Source of the DNA: Candidatus Nitrospinota bacterium M3_3B_026
Lineage (GTDB): Bacteria; Nitrospinota_A; UBA7883; JBPRGF01
Assembly: GCA_051418015.1 (NCBI GenBank)
Contig: JBPRGF010000017.1
Coordinates: 64,001 to 128,000 of the forward strand
Direction: 5' to 3'
DNA: 64,000 nt
Shown: positions 39,953 through 49,560 of the stretch, piece after piece
Layout: each line of letters starts with the position of its first letter
Numbering within the stretch: the stretch's first letter is position 1
Notes under the pieces: generated by a model
Seen by the model: the letters and a program-made list of their open reading frames with translations, nothing else
Database searches by the model: none
Told to the model about the DNA's origin: nothing
Made by a program: the position numbers and the translations under genes

Positions 39953-40372
39953 ATGTCGCGAACGCTGGCGATCATAAAGCCCGACGCCGTGGAACGCGGG
40001 CTCACCGGCAAGATATTGAGCTGGATCGAGGGCGAGGGGCTCAAGGTCGCCGCCATGAAGATGATTCACATGACAAAGGCCCAGGCGGAGGGTTTTTACG
40101 CTGAACACAGGGAGCGGCCCTTTTTCGAATCGCTGACAAAATACATGAGCTCCGGCCCATGCGTCGTGGCCGTACTGGAGGGGGATAACGCCCAGCCCAA
40201 ATGGCGCGAAATCATGGGCGCGACGAACCCGGCCGACGCGGCCGAAGGGACGATCCGCAAGGAGCTGGCCGTGGACCTCGAAAAAAACTCGGTCCATGGG
40301 TCGGACTCGGAAGCCTCGGCGGCGAGGGAGACATCCTACTTCTTTTCCGAGATCGAGAGCGTAAAGCGATAA
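39953..40372 (+). CDS. ndk: Nucleoside diphosphate kinase
   Basis: [19 protein letters not shown]. Confidence 0.97.
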   Translation: MSRTLAIIKPDAVERGLTGKILSWIEGEGLKVAAMKMIHMTKAQAEGFYAEHRERPFFESLTKYMSSGPCVVAVLEGDNAQPKWREIMGATNPADAAEGTIRKELAVDLEKNSVHGSDSEASAARETSYFFSEIESVKR

Positions 40373-40388
40373 GACCGGCGCGGCGCTT

Positions 40389-41081
40389 TCACGGAAGCCG
40401 CCCCTCATGCAGGGCGCTTGAGACCAGCGCGGAGCTGTAACCTATCCGGGCGAGCGCCTCGAGGTCGCCGCGGGACCGGACGCCGCCTCCCGCGATCCAC
40501 TCCTCCCCGGCGCGGGGGGGCACAAGCTCCCGCGGGTCGAAAAGCCCCAGGCCGACAGCGTCCAGCCTGATGTGCATGAACATCCTGGCCCCGGCCTCCC
40601 TCGCGGAGGAGAGGACCTTCCCCACGGTCATCCCGAACTTCGGGGAAAGCAGGTCGCCCCTGTACGTATCGATGGAGACTGCCGCCTTGGAGAGGTCCCC
40701 CGGCCAGTCCCAGGACTCGAAGGTCTCCGTGCCCACGACGGGGATGAGGCGGGAGCGGCCCTCCAGGACGAGGATGTCATCGGCCCTCCTGAAGCCGGCG
40801 TCCAGCATGAAAGAGGCGGCGCTTTTTTCCAGTATCTCGTCGATAACGGCCCAGTTCGCGCCGTTCCCCTGGATGGCGTCGATGTCGGCTACATAGAACA
40901 GGTCGAACCCGAACGCCGAGACGAGCCGCTCCACGAAATGGAGCGGCTCGGGGGATGAGAGAAGAGGAGACTCTATAGGCGCGTACTCGCAACGCCTGCC
41001 GCCTACGGCGCGGACAGCCAGCCCGCCCTTTATGTCGAGGACCGGAACGATCCGCGCCGATTCTCTCGCCGTCGAAGCCAT
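40389..41081 (-). CDS. HisA/HisF-related TIM-barrel protein
   Basis: IVPVLDIKGGLAVRAVGGRR, YVADIDAI, AGGGVR, SALH. Confidence 0.8.
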   Translation of the reverse strand: MASTARESARIVPVLDIKGGLAVRAVGGRRCEYAPIESPLLSSPEPLHFVERLVSAFGFDLFYVADIDAIQGNGANWAVIDEILEKSAASFMLDAGFRRADDILVLEGRSRLIPVVGTETFESWDWPGDLSKAAVSIDTYRGDLLSPKFGMTVGKVLSSAREAGARMFMHIRLDAVGLGLFDPRELVPPRAGEEWIAGGGVRSRGDLEALARIGYSSALVSSALHEGRLP

Positions 41082-41236
41082 TCCGGTCCCCTCACTCGTC
41101 AAGCCGGACCAAAACCACCGTCACTCGAAAACCTCGGCCTGCGGCCTTGTCCGCCCCGGGACCCGCCAAAGGCCCCGGGGCAGGACAGGGAACAGGGAGG
41201 TCGGGCGGGGCTCCATCGCCCCGCCTCGGGGTAGAA

Positions 41237-41797
41237 TCATGTCAAAGGCTCAGGAATACCGCTGGCGCCGTCGCCCGGCTTTTTCTTTTTCTCCTCCCCG
41301 TCCAGGTCAAAAATCCTTCTCATCCGCTCCCTGCCCAGCTCCTTTACGACACTTTCCACCTCGGAGCGGGAAAGAAAAGCCCGGGCGGCCTCGTTCCCCG
41401 GATTCAGCCTCAACGCCCTCCGGAAGGCGCGCTCGGCTATACGCCTTTTTCCCGTGGCGCGATACACAAGCCCCCGCAGGCTGTAAACCCTGTCCATCGC
41501 CGCCGCCGATCCGTCCGAAAGAAGATGGGACGTCTCCCTCAATATGACCTCCTCGGCGCGCGCGCCGAAATAACCTCGCATGTCCTCCAGCAACTCGCCG
41601 AAACGGTAGTCGCCGTTCTCCAGATAGCGCCCGACCAGAAGCTCGCTCTGCGTCCTGAAGGGCGCCTGCCGGGCGCCCGCCGCGGATGTCCGGGCCTCCT
41701 CGCCCCAAAGACCTCCGTCCACGAAAGCGACGGCCAGAACTCCCGCGCCTATGAGAATTGTCACTATCGCCGTGACTGGCGGACTCAATGTCTCCAT
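41237..41797 (-). CDS. Membrane-anchored TPR protein
   Basis: N-terminal hydrophobic stretch; TPR-like LRGLVY...AFRRALRLNPGN; SD GGAGG. Confidence 0.75.
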   Translation of the reverse strand: METLSPPVTAIVTILIGAGVLAVAFVDGGLWGEEARTSAAGARQAPFRTQSELLVGRYLENGDYRFGELLEDMRGYFGARAEEVILRETSHLLSDGSAAAMDRVYSLRGLVYRATGKRRIAERAFRRALRLNPGNEAARAFLSRSEVESVVKELGRERMRRIFDLDGEEKKKKPGDGASGIPEPLT

Positions 41798-41830
41798 CGG
41801 CTGCCTCCAACTGCTTATACCAATATGACA

Positions 41831-41884
41831 AGCAAACCGCGTGCCATGTTGCTACAATATATCACTTTAAATAACAACGTGTTA
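41831..41884 (-). promoter_or_regulatory. Sigma54 promoter plus IHF-like site
   Basis: Minus strand TGGCAC-GCGGT-TTGCT (41846-41831). TAACAA-CGTG-TTA at 41872-41884. Confidence 0.8.
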
Positions 41885-42010
41885 CAAGATGCGTGTTAAA
41901 GTGAATGTTTCGCCGTCCTTCAAAATCTACAATATTTTGTGAGAGTGCATCAAAATATGTGGCCGTGTCCACCCCGGAGCCGGGGTGGGGCCGCTGTGTA
42001 TAATTGACCC

Positions 42011-43840
42011 ATGGCAGGCAAGTTCGAGCACTTGAAGGAAACGCTGGAGAGCGCCCCCACAGAGCCGGGTGTATACCTGATGAAGGGGGCGGACGGGCGG
42101 ATATTGTACGTGGGCAAGGCGAAAGTCCTGCGCGAGAGGGTCCGGTCCTATTTCCAGGACTCCGCCGTCCATTCTCCGCGCATCGCCGTGATGGTGGGGA
42201 AGGTCCGCTCCATCGACTTCATGACCACCTCCTCGGAGCTGGAGGCGCTGATCCTGGAAGACAACATAATCAAGAAAGAGAAGCCCCCTTTCAACGTAAT
42301 GCTTCGTGACGACAAGAACTACCCCTACCTCAAGCTCACCATGGACGAGACGTACCCACGGCTTCTTTTGGTCCGCCGCGCCCTGCGGGATGGGGGGCTT
42401 TATTTCGGGCCGTATGTCTCCGGCAAGTCCGTCCGCGACGTGATGAGGCTCATTCACAGGATATTCCCGCTGCGCCAGAGCAAAGACAACCTCGACGGCA
42501 AGCCTCCCCGCCGCCCCTGCCTCAATTACCAGATGGGCCGCTGCCTGGCCCCCTGCGCGGGCAAAACGACTCCGGAAGAGTACCGCGGGATGGTGGACGA
42601 CGTGATCCTCTTCCTGAAAGGGAAGGACACAGAGCTTGTAAAAGACCTCGAGCGCCGGATGAAGGAAGCCGCCGAGCGGGAGTTTTTCGAGTTGGCGGCG
42701 CGGTATCGCGACCAGATCGCGGCCGTGGAAAGGCTGAAGGAACGCCAGGCCATAACGGACACGCGCCTTGCCGACGAGGATTTCATAGCCTCCCACGAGG
42801 CCGGGGGCAGGTCGGTCATCAAGATATTGCAGGCGCGCCGCGGCAAGGTGAGCGCGGGGCGGGAGTTTTTGTTCGACAACCTGGAGCGGCTCGACAGGGC
42901 TGAGGCGCTCGGCGCTTTCATCCGCCAGTTCTACAGAGAGGGGATGGAGATACCTCCAGCCATCGTGGTGAACGAGGCCCCGGAGGGGATGAAGGCGCTT
43001 GAGGAGGCCCTGTCCGCCCGGCGCGGGGGGAGGGTGAGGATAACCGTCCCGGCGCGCGGCAGGCGCAAAAGGCTGATCGAGATGGCCGAGCGCAACGCAA
43101 GGCTGCGCCTGGAAGCCGTCCTGGACTCGGCGGAAATGAAAGAACGCGCTTTAGAGCAAGTCCGCGACGGGCTGGGGCTCCCCGGGCCGCCGCGCTCGAT
43201 CGAGGCCTACGACATCTCCACCACCGGCGGTCTGGCCTCCGTGGGAGTGGTGGTCACTTTCAAAAACGGCGAGCCGGACAAGAGCGGCTACAGGAAGTAC
43301 AAGATAACGAGCGCCGCGGGGCCGGACGACTATGCCGCCCTCGCCGAGGTCGTCGAACGGCGCCATCGGCGGCTCCTTGAGGAGGGGGCGCCTTTCGCCG
43401 ACCTGCTGGTGATCGACGGGGGCAAAGGGCAGGTGAGCGCCGTGGCGGCGCGCTTTATGGAAATGGGGATAGAGCGCCCCCCGGCGATCGTCGGAATAGC
43501 CAAGGGCAAGGATCGGGAAAATCCCGACACCGACGAATTTTATCTGCCGGGAAAGCCGCGCCCGGTTGACATCCCCCCGTCGTCCCCCGGCAGGCTCCTT
43601 CTGCAGAGGGCGCGGGACGAGGCGCACAGGTCCGCCATCTCCTATCACCGCAAGGCCCGCGGCGCAGAGGCCAAAAGATCGGCGCTCGACTCCATCGCTG
43701 GAGTGGGACCGAAGCGCAAAAAGCAGCTTCTGCGCAAATTCGGATCTGTGAAACGGATAAGGGAGGCGAGCGTTGAGGAGCTCCGCGAGGCGCTCTCCGT
43801 CTCCGAGGAGATGGCGAAAAGGATACTAGAAAGCCTTTAG
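42011..43840 (+). CDS. uvrC: Excinuclease ABC subunit C
   Basis: PGVYLM...YVGKAK, DDKNYPY, IDGGKGQ, RDEAHR, helix-hairpin-helix tail. Confidence 0.96.
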   Translation: MAGKFEHLKETLESAPTEPGVYLMKGADGRILYVGKAKVLRERVRSYFQDSAVHSPRIAVMVGKVRSIDFMTTSSELEALILEDNIIKKEKPPFNVMLRDDKNYPYLKLTMDETYPRLLLVRRALRDGGLYFGPYVSGKSVRDVMRLIHRIFPLRQSKDNLDGKPPRRPCLNYQMGRCLAPCAGKTTPEEYRGMVDDVILFLKGKDTELVKDLERRMKEAAEREFFELAARYRDQIAAVERLKERQAITDTRLADEDFIASHEAGGRSVIKILQARRGKVSAGREFLFDNLERLDRAEALGAFIRQFYREGMEIPPAIVVNEAPEGMKALEEALSARRGGRVRITVPARGRRKRLIEMAERNARLRLEAVLDSAEMKERALEQVRDGLGLPGPPRSIEAYDISTTGGLASVGVVVTFKNGEPDKSGYRKYKITSAAGPDDYAALAEVVERRHRRLLEEGAPFADLLVIDGGKGQVSAVAARFMEMGIERPPAIVGIAKGKDRENPDTDEFYLPGKPRPVDIPPSSPGRLLLQRARDEAHRSAISYHRKARGAEAKRSALDSIAGVGPKRKKQLLRKFGSVKRIREASVEELREALSVSEEMAKRILESL

Positions 43841-43862
43841 GGGGTCGGCGCCGGGCCGCTGG

Positions 43863-44232
43863 TGTCATCCTGAGCCGGAGGCGAAGGATCCCGTTGTTTC
43901 TTCCGTTGCGAGACTCTTCGCTGGCGCTCAGAGTGACATGGAAATGGAGACGCTGTCGTTCTGAACGAAGTGAAGAACCTCGTATAGCGGCGCCCGCATG
44001 GGATGCTTTGCTGACGCTCAGCATGACAAGGACATCCCCTTCCCCGGCGGGAGTTTTTGAGATGGGATCCGAAGCCCGCCCGCTCCCGCGGCGGCCAACA
44101 CCATCCCCTCCCCTGGAGGGAGGGTTTTTGAAACCAGGCTCCGGGGCCGGCATGAAGCGAATGAACATCCAACAAGGGGAGGGGGTATTATTCATATCAC
44201 CCCCACCCAACCCTCCCCCGTCCAGGGGAAGG
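43863..44232. repeat. Cluster of palindromic repeats between convergent genes
   Basis: Two TGTCRTYCTGA...TCAG-N2-TGACA palindromes (about 43863-43938 and 43953-44028), then CCCTCCC/GGGAGGG-type units (about 44104-44232). Confidence 0.75.
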
Positions 44233-44260
44233 AAGGACGCACCGCGCGGCCCGAAAAAAA

Positions 44261-45967
44261 CTACATCCCCGAAAAGTTCGGCCCGTAGCCGTGGAGCGCG
44301 GCGTTTACGCGCAGGTTCTCGTAGGGACAGACGATCTCGCAGGTAGCGCACTGGACGCAGTTCTCCAGCGCCATTGCATGGTATCGCCCCCCCTCCTTCT
44401 CCAGGGTCTGGTGCACCTCCGCCGTACAGTCGCCGACGCAGGGGGTATCCTTGCCCGCGGCGCTGAATTTTTCTATGCACTTGACGCACACCTCGGCGTC
44501 GAACTCGTCGATGTGGCGGTTGTCCTCCTCGTAATGCGTGTGGGCGTAGAAGACAACGTCCGCCGTGGAGTAGATCGTGGGCGGGTCAAAACCTTCCGAA
44601 ACCTTTTTGACGGGGCGGAAGGCTGGATCGATATGGGTATAGTCCTTCGGATACTTCACCACCCATGAGTCGGTGGGGTTTTCTATCATCCTCTTGGCGC
44701 CGAGCAGGCGGAAGGAGCCGAAGGGGTCCAAAAGCCCCGCGACGGCTCCGCCGACTATCAGCCCACGGCCCGCGTCTATCTGCTCCGTCAGCCTTGGCAT
44801 GAACTCGCTCAAAACGCCGGGGTAGCGCTCGAAGGCGGCGCGGAAATAGCGCGAGTCCCGCAGCTCCTCGCCAACCCATCCCCCCATCAGCCTTTCCTGG
44901 CAGGCGGCCAGGGCCGCGGCGGAGGTGTCTCCCTTTTTCAACGATTCCCATATCACCTCCGCGGCGACGTATCCGCTCTCCATCGCCTTGTCCACGCCGG
45001 AGAAACGTTTCACGTCCAGGACGCCCAGCGCGTCGCCCACCAGCAGCGCGCCGTCCACGGCGAACTTCTCAGGCAGGGAGTAATAGCCCCCCTCCGGCAG
45101 GATCGCCGCGCCGTATTTTAAAAGCTCGCCGCCCTTTATCATCCTCTGGACGCGGGGATGTTTTTTAAGGTCCTGCAGAACCTGCGGCGGGTGGATGTTG
45201 GGGTCGGCGAAATCCAGCCCCATCACCATGCCGATGATGAGCTTGTTGTCCTTACAGCCGTAGATGAAGCCGCCGCCCATGTGGCCCGGCGCCAGCGGGT
45301 ATCCGAGGGTGTGCCACACATCGCCCTCGAAGCTCTCCTTCGTCTCCCAGACCTCCTTGACGCCGACGGCGTAGGTCTGGCCGTTCTTTCTAAGGTCGAA
45401 CTTCGTCACGAGATCGCGCGACACGAAGCCCTTGTCGCCGAAGACGACGACCTTGCCGTACAGGACATCCTGGGCGTCGTCGCCGGTGTCGTCGACCTTT
45501 ACGCCGATGACCCTGTCGCCGTCGTAGACTATCGAGCGGGCCGGGAAGCCGGGATAGACGTCAACGACCACTCCCGCCTTCTCCTTCGCCTTTTCGGCGA
45601 GCGCCCCTGCCATGTACATCGCCACGTCGGAGACGTTCAGGATGGCGTATCCCTCTTTCTTGAAGTACGGCGGCATGAAAGCGCGGGGGACGTCCTCCCA
45701 GCCCTTCGCCCCGGCCACGGTCAGGCGGCTGTTCCGGCAGACGCCCTCCAGAGGAAAGGCGCCGTCGCGCCAGTCCGGGAACATCTTCTCTATGACCCTC
45801 GGGTTGGACACCGCGCCGGAAAGCAGGTGGCCGCCGACGTTTTTCGCTTTCTCCAGTATGGCGACCCTCACAGGCCCGCCGGCGATGTCCACCAGCCTGT
45901 GGGCGAGCGAGAGGCAGGCCGGGCCCGCCCCCACCAGGATCACGTCGTATTCCATCCTCTCAGCCAT
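44261..45967 (-). CDS. ETF:quinone oxidoreductase-like flavoprotein with fused ferredoxin (FixC-FixX fusion)
   Basis: VGAGPA, GGHLLSGA, GVKEVW, PEGGY, C-terminal CVKC...CVQCATCEIVC. Confidence 0.88.
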   Translation of the reverse strand: MAERMEYDVILVGAGPACLSLAHRLVDIAGGPVRVAILEKAKNVGGHLLSGAVSNPRVIEKMFPDWRDGAFPLEGVCRNSRLTVAGAKGWEDVPRAFMPPYFKKEGYAILNVSDVAMYMAGALAEKAKEKAGVVVDVYPGFPARSIVYDGDRVIGVKVDDTGDDAQDVLYGKVVVFGDKGFVSRDLVTKFDLRKNGQTYAVGVKEVWETKESFEGDVWHTLGYPLAPGHMGGGFIYGCKDNKLIIGMVMGLDFADPNIHPPQVLQDLKKHPRVQRMIKGGELLKYGAAILPEGGYYSLPEKFAVDGALLVGDALGVLDVKRFSGVDKAMESGYVAAEVIWESLKKGDTSAAALAACQERLMGGWVGEELRDSRYFRAAFERYPGVLSEFMPRLTEQIDAGRGLIVGGAVAGLLDPFGSFRLLGAKRMIENPTDSWVVKYPKDYTHIDPAFRPVKKVSEGFDPPTIYSTADVVFYAHTHYEEDNRHIDEFDAEVCVKCIEKFSAAGKDTPCVGDCTAEVHQTLEKEGGRYHAMALENCVQCATCEIVCPYENLRVNAALHGYGPNFSGM

Positions 45968-45975
45968 CTAAAGCC

Positions 45976-47037
45976 TCATCCTCCCGCCGCCTTCATGGTC
46001 TTCTGGAACCGCTCCTTTAAAAGCGGCGCTATCTCGTAGATGTCGCCCACGATCCCGTAATGGGCGAACTGGAATATCGGCGCCGTCTCGTCCTTATTGA
46101 CGGCGATGATCGTCTCGCTGTTGCTCATCCCCACCCTGTGCTGTATGGCGCCGGATATGCCAAGGGCGATGTAAAGCTTCGGGCGCACCGTCTTGCCCGT
46201 CTGCCCTACCTGGTGGGCGTAGGGTATCCAGCCCGCGTCCACCGCCTTGCGCGAGGCGCCGACGGCGGAGTCTTCGAATATGGACGCCAGGTCGCGGACG
46301 GCCTCGAACCCTTCCGGGCCGCCCAGGCCGAACCCGCCGGAGACTATAACCTTCGCGCGGGTCAAGTCCAGCGCGGCGCTGACCTCGTGGACGGTCTCTA
46401 TGACCTTCACCCGGAAATCGCTCTCGTCGAACCCCACCTTGATCGGGATGATCTTCCCCTCTCTCGAAGTGTCCGGCTCGTTGGGGACCATCACCCCCAC
46501 GCGGGCCGTGGCCATCTGCGGAAAATTCCATGGGCCCAGAATCCTCGCCTTCAGGCTCTCGCCGAAGCTTGGGCGGATGGCGTAGAGGCAGTTCTTGTAT
46601 TCGCCCACCTTTTCCGGGTCGGCCTTGCCTTTGTGAGTGTAGTCCCCTACGTCAAGCTCCGTGCAGTCGGCCGTCAGCCCCGTCTCCAGGCAGGCGGCGA
46701 TGCGCGGGGCCAGGTCGCGCCCAAGCGTCGTCGCGCCGCAAAGGAGGATGTGAGGCGTCCTGTCCATGGACTTCAGCGCCGCCAGGGCCGCCTTCCTGTA
46801 TGGCAACGTGGAGTATTCGGCCAGCTCCGGCTGGTCCGCCACGATGACCTCGTCGGCGCCGTAGTGGATCAGCGTCTTCGGTATGTCCCCCAGGTTATGG
46901 CCGAAGACCAGAGCCTTGACTTTCACACCGAGCTTGCCGGCGAGCTCGGTGGCGGCGCCAAGAAGCTCGAACGTGACGGGCCGCAGGTCGTTCTTGATCT
47001 GGTCGGCTATGACCGCGACGTCGCCGTAATCGCTCAT
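45976..47037 (-). CDS. etfA: Electron transfer flavoprotein alpha subunit
   Basis: GLTADCT, QVGQTGKTV, GISGAIQH. ATGA overlap gives the start at 47037. Confidence 0.93.
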   Translation of the reverse strand: MSDYGDVAVIADQIKNDLRPVTFELLGAATELAGKLGVKVKALVFGHNLGDIPKTLIHYGADEVIVADQPELAEYSTLPYRKAALAALKSMDRTPHILLCGATTLGRDLAPRIAACLETGLTADCTELDVGDYTHKGKADPEKVGEYKNCLYAIRPSFGESLKARILGPWNFPQMATARVGVMVPNEPDTSREGKIIPIKVGFDESDFRVKVIETVHEVSAALDLTRAKVIVSGGFGLGGPEGFEAVRDLASIFEDSAVGASRKAVDAGWIPYAHQVGQTGKTVRPKLYIALGISGAIQHRVGMSNSETIIAVNKDETAPIFQFAHYGIVGDIYEIAPLLKERFQKTMKAAGG

Positions 47038-47879
47038 TTCAGGAGTTCCTCTATCCCGCGCCCGTCCTCGGCGAGGCGGCCCACCAAAAGCTCCACCTCG
47101 TGGGACGGCGAGTCCCCCTTGTACACGACGCACTCCCCGCCGATCTCGCCCATCTTCCAGGTCTTCCCGACCACCGTGGGCGAGCCGACCAGGCCAGTCC
47201 GTTTCGGATCGGCGTCTATGTCGTCCAGGCTGATTGTGAATATCCTCTTCTTCAGCTCCTCCTCGTCGCGAGACAGCTCTTTCATCCTGTACACGTCGAT
47301 GAATCTCTTGCTCCGGAGCTTTTCGGCGGAGTTGGCCACGGTGATGAGGACCGGCGTCGCCGTCTCAAACCGCTGTACGCCGCCTTCTATGACCCTCGTG
47401 GCGCGGACGAGGCCGTCCGATATCTCCATCTTCTCGCAGTAGGTGACCTGCGGGATGTTCAGCCTTTCGGCTATCTGCGGCCCGGTCTGTGCGGTGTCGC
47501 CGTCGGTGGTCTGCAGCCCGGTGAAGATGATGTCGACTTTCCCTAGGCTCTGGATCGCCCTGCTGAGCGCGTAGGCCGTCGCCAGCGTGTCGGAGGCGGC
47601 CAGGCGCCTGTCGGTCAAAAGGTATCCTTTGTCCGCGCCGTACTCCAGCGACTCGTAGAGGACCTCTATGGCCGGCGGCGGGCCCATGGAGATGACGATT
47701 ATCTCCCCCCCGCGGGCGGCCTTGGCCTCGAGGGCCTTCTGGAGGGCGAACTTGTCAAAGGGGTTCATCATCTTCTTGGCCCGGGCGCGGTCCACGGTGC
47801 CGTCCGGGTTCACCCCCGTCTTGCTGGAGGTGTCCGGCACCTGCTTGATGAGAACCACTATCCTGAGGTCTTCGCTCAT
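47034..47879 (-). CDS. etfB: Electron transfer flavoprotein beta subunit
   Basis: KQVPD, NPFD, SMGPP, SDTLAT, DGDTAQTGP, GSPT. Confidence 0.93.
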   Translation of the reverse strand: MSEDLRIVVLIKQVPDTSSKTGVNPDGTVDRARAKKMMNPFDKFALQKALEAKAARGGEIIVISMGPPPAIEVLYESLEYGADKGYLLTDRRLAASDTLATAYALSRAIQSLGKVDIIFTGLQTTDGDTAQTGPQIAERLNIPQVTYCEKMEISDGLVRATRVIEGGVQRFETATPVLITVANSAEKLRSKRFIDVYRMKELSRDEEELKKRIFTISLDDIDADPKRTGLVGSPTVVGKTWKMGEIGGECVVYKGDSPSHEVELLVGRLAEDGRGIEELLK

Positions 47880-48005
47880 GCTCACTCGCCTCCGCGCCGA
47901 CAGGGCGCGGCCCTCTCAATAACGTCCCTCAGATTCAAAGCTTAAGATGATGCCACAGGGAACTGATGTTTGGAAGCTTAAATTTCCGTGAGACAGGGGC
48001 CGGGC

Positions 48006-48392
48006 CTACCGGCGCTGTCTTGCTCTCCGCCGCCTCTTGAGCTTGCGCCGCTCCCTCTCCATGTACCGGCGCAACTCGTCCGGCGTTTCGAACATCACGT
48101 CACTTATGGGGCCGTACTTTTCGCAGTCCGGCGGGTTGTGGTCGCGGCAGTTGTCGGGCCTGTCGGCGTATATGGAGCAGAGGTTGTTCTCGTCCAGGTA
48201 CATGCACTGGCCGACGGAGAGCCTGTGCCACCTGCGGTTCCTTATGAAAAACCTGGTGTGGGTGAAATGAAGCTGCCAGATGAAGCTTTCCCACTCGTCC
48301 AGGGTCCTCGGTTTCCTCACCGGCTCCTCCAGGCCGTTGCAGCAAAGCGCCGGGCAGTCCTCGCAGGTATATTCTTCCGCGCCTCCGCTCAT
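48006..48392 (-). CDS. YkgJ-family cysteine-cluster protein
   Basis: CEDCPALCC...CMYL...CSIYADRPDNCR. Confidence 0.85.
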   Translation of the reverse strand: MSGGAEEYTCEDCPALCCNGLEEPVRKPRTLDEWESFIWQLHFTHTRFFIRNRRWHRLSVGQCMYLDENNLCSIYADRPDNCRDHNPPDCEKYGPISDVMFETPDELRRYMERERRKLKRRRRARQRR

Positions 48393-48441
48393 GCCGGTTC
48401 CCCTTCCTTTAGCCCATGGTTATCGCTGGTCATCTTTTAAA

Positions 48442-49452
48442 TTATAACTTGTAGAAGCTTCTGTACCAATCCACGAACAGGGGTATGCCTTCCTCTATGG
48501 ACGTTTTCGGCGTGAATCCGAAATCGCGGCTGATGGCGTCTATGTCCGCCGCCGTCTCCTTGACGTCACCCGGCTGCATGGGAAGCAGCCTCTTCTCCAC
48601 CTTTTTTCCGACACTCCCCTCCAGCACCTCTATCATCCTTAAAAGCTCCTCGGGCTTGTTGTGGCCGATGTTATAAATCCTGTAGGGGGCGTAGCTCGCG
48701 GCCGGGGACGGCGCGCGGCCGTCCCATGAAGGGTCACCCTCCGGCGCGGAGGCCATGACGGCCGTCACGCCGTCGATTATGTCGTCTATATAGGTGAAAT
48801 CCCGCCGCATGTCCCCATGGTTATAGACGTCTATCGGTTTTCCCTCGAAGATGGCTTTCGTGAACTTGAAAAGCGCCATGTCCGGCCGCCCCCAAGGGCC
48901 ATAGACCGTGAAAAAACGCAGCCCAGTCGTGGGGATTCCGTACAGGCTGCTGTAGGTGTGCGCCATCAGTTCGTTCGACTTTTTCGTGGCGGCGTAAAGG
49001 GACATGGGATGGTCCACGTTGTCGTTCTCGGAGAAGGGCAGCCTCCTGTTCGCGCCGTAGACGGAGCTGGAGGAGGCGTAGACCAGCCGCTTCACGCCGA
49101 AGGCCCGGACTTTCTCTAAAACGTTGCCGAAGCCCACCACGTTGGAGCTTATGTAGGCGGCCGGGTTCTCCACTGAGTAGCGCACGCCGACCTGCGCCGC
49201 GAGGTTGACCACCACGTCGAATCCGTGTTTTTCGAAGACGCCGCCCAGAGCCTCCCCGTCCTCGAGCGCGGCGTGGACGAACTCGAAGGAGGGGTATTCC
49301 TCCAGGATGGCGAGCCTGGCCTTTTTCAGGGCCGGGTCGTAGTAGTCGTTCAGGTTGTCCAGCCCCACGACGGGGCCGCCCTCATCGAGCAGGCGGCGGC
49401 ACAAGTGATACCCTACGAAGCCCGCCGCCCCGGTGACAAGCGTTCTCTCCAA
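48442..49452 (-). CDS. UDP-glucuronate 4-epimerase-like NAD-dependent epimerase
   Basis: TGAAGFVG, YAATKK, FFTVYGPWGRPDMA. Confidence 0.92.
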   Translation of the reverse strand: MERTLVTGAAGFVGYHLCRRLLDEGGPVVGLDNLNDYYDPALKKARLAILEEYPSFEFVHAALEDGEALGGVFEKHGFDVVVNLAAQVGVRYSVENPAAYISSNVVGFGNVLEKVRAFGVKRLVYASSSSVYGANRRLPFSENDNVDHPMSLYAATKKSNELMAHTYSSLYGIPTTGLRFFTVYGPWGRPDMALFKFTKAIFEGKPIDVYNHGDMRRDFTYIDDIIDGVTAVMASAPEGDPSWDGRAPSPAASYAPYRIYNIGHNKPEELLRMIEVLEGSVGKKVEKRLLPMQPGDVKETAADIDAISRDFGFTPKTSIEEGIPLFVDWYRSFYKL

Positions 49453-49560
49453 TATTCTTTTCCCTATCCGTTTTATGGAAATTTTTTGATTCTAGCCCCC
49501 TCCGGCGGAAAAAGCCAGTCCCGGCTCGGCGGGAGAGCGTCCCAGGCTTGGAAAACAAAT

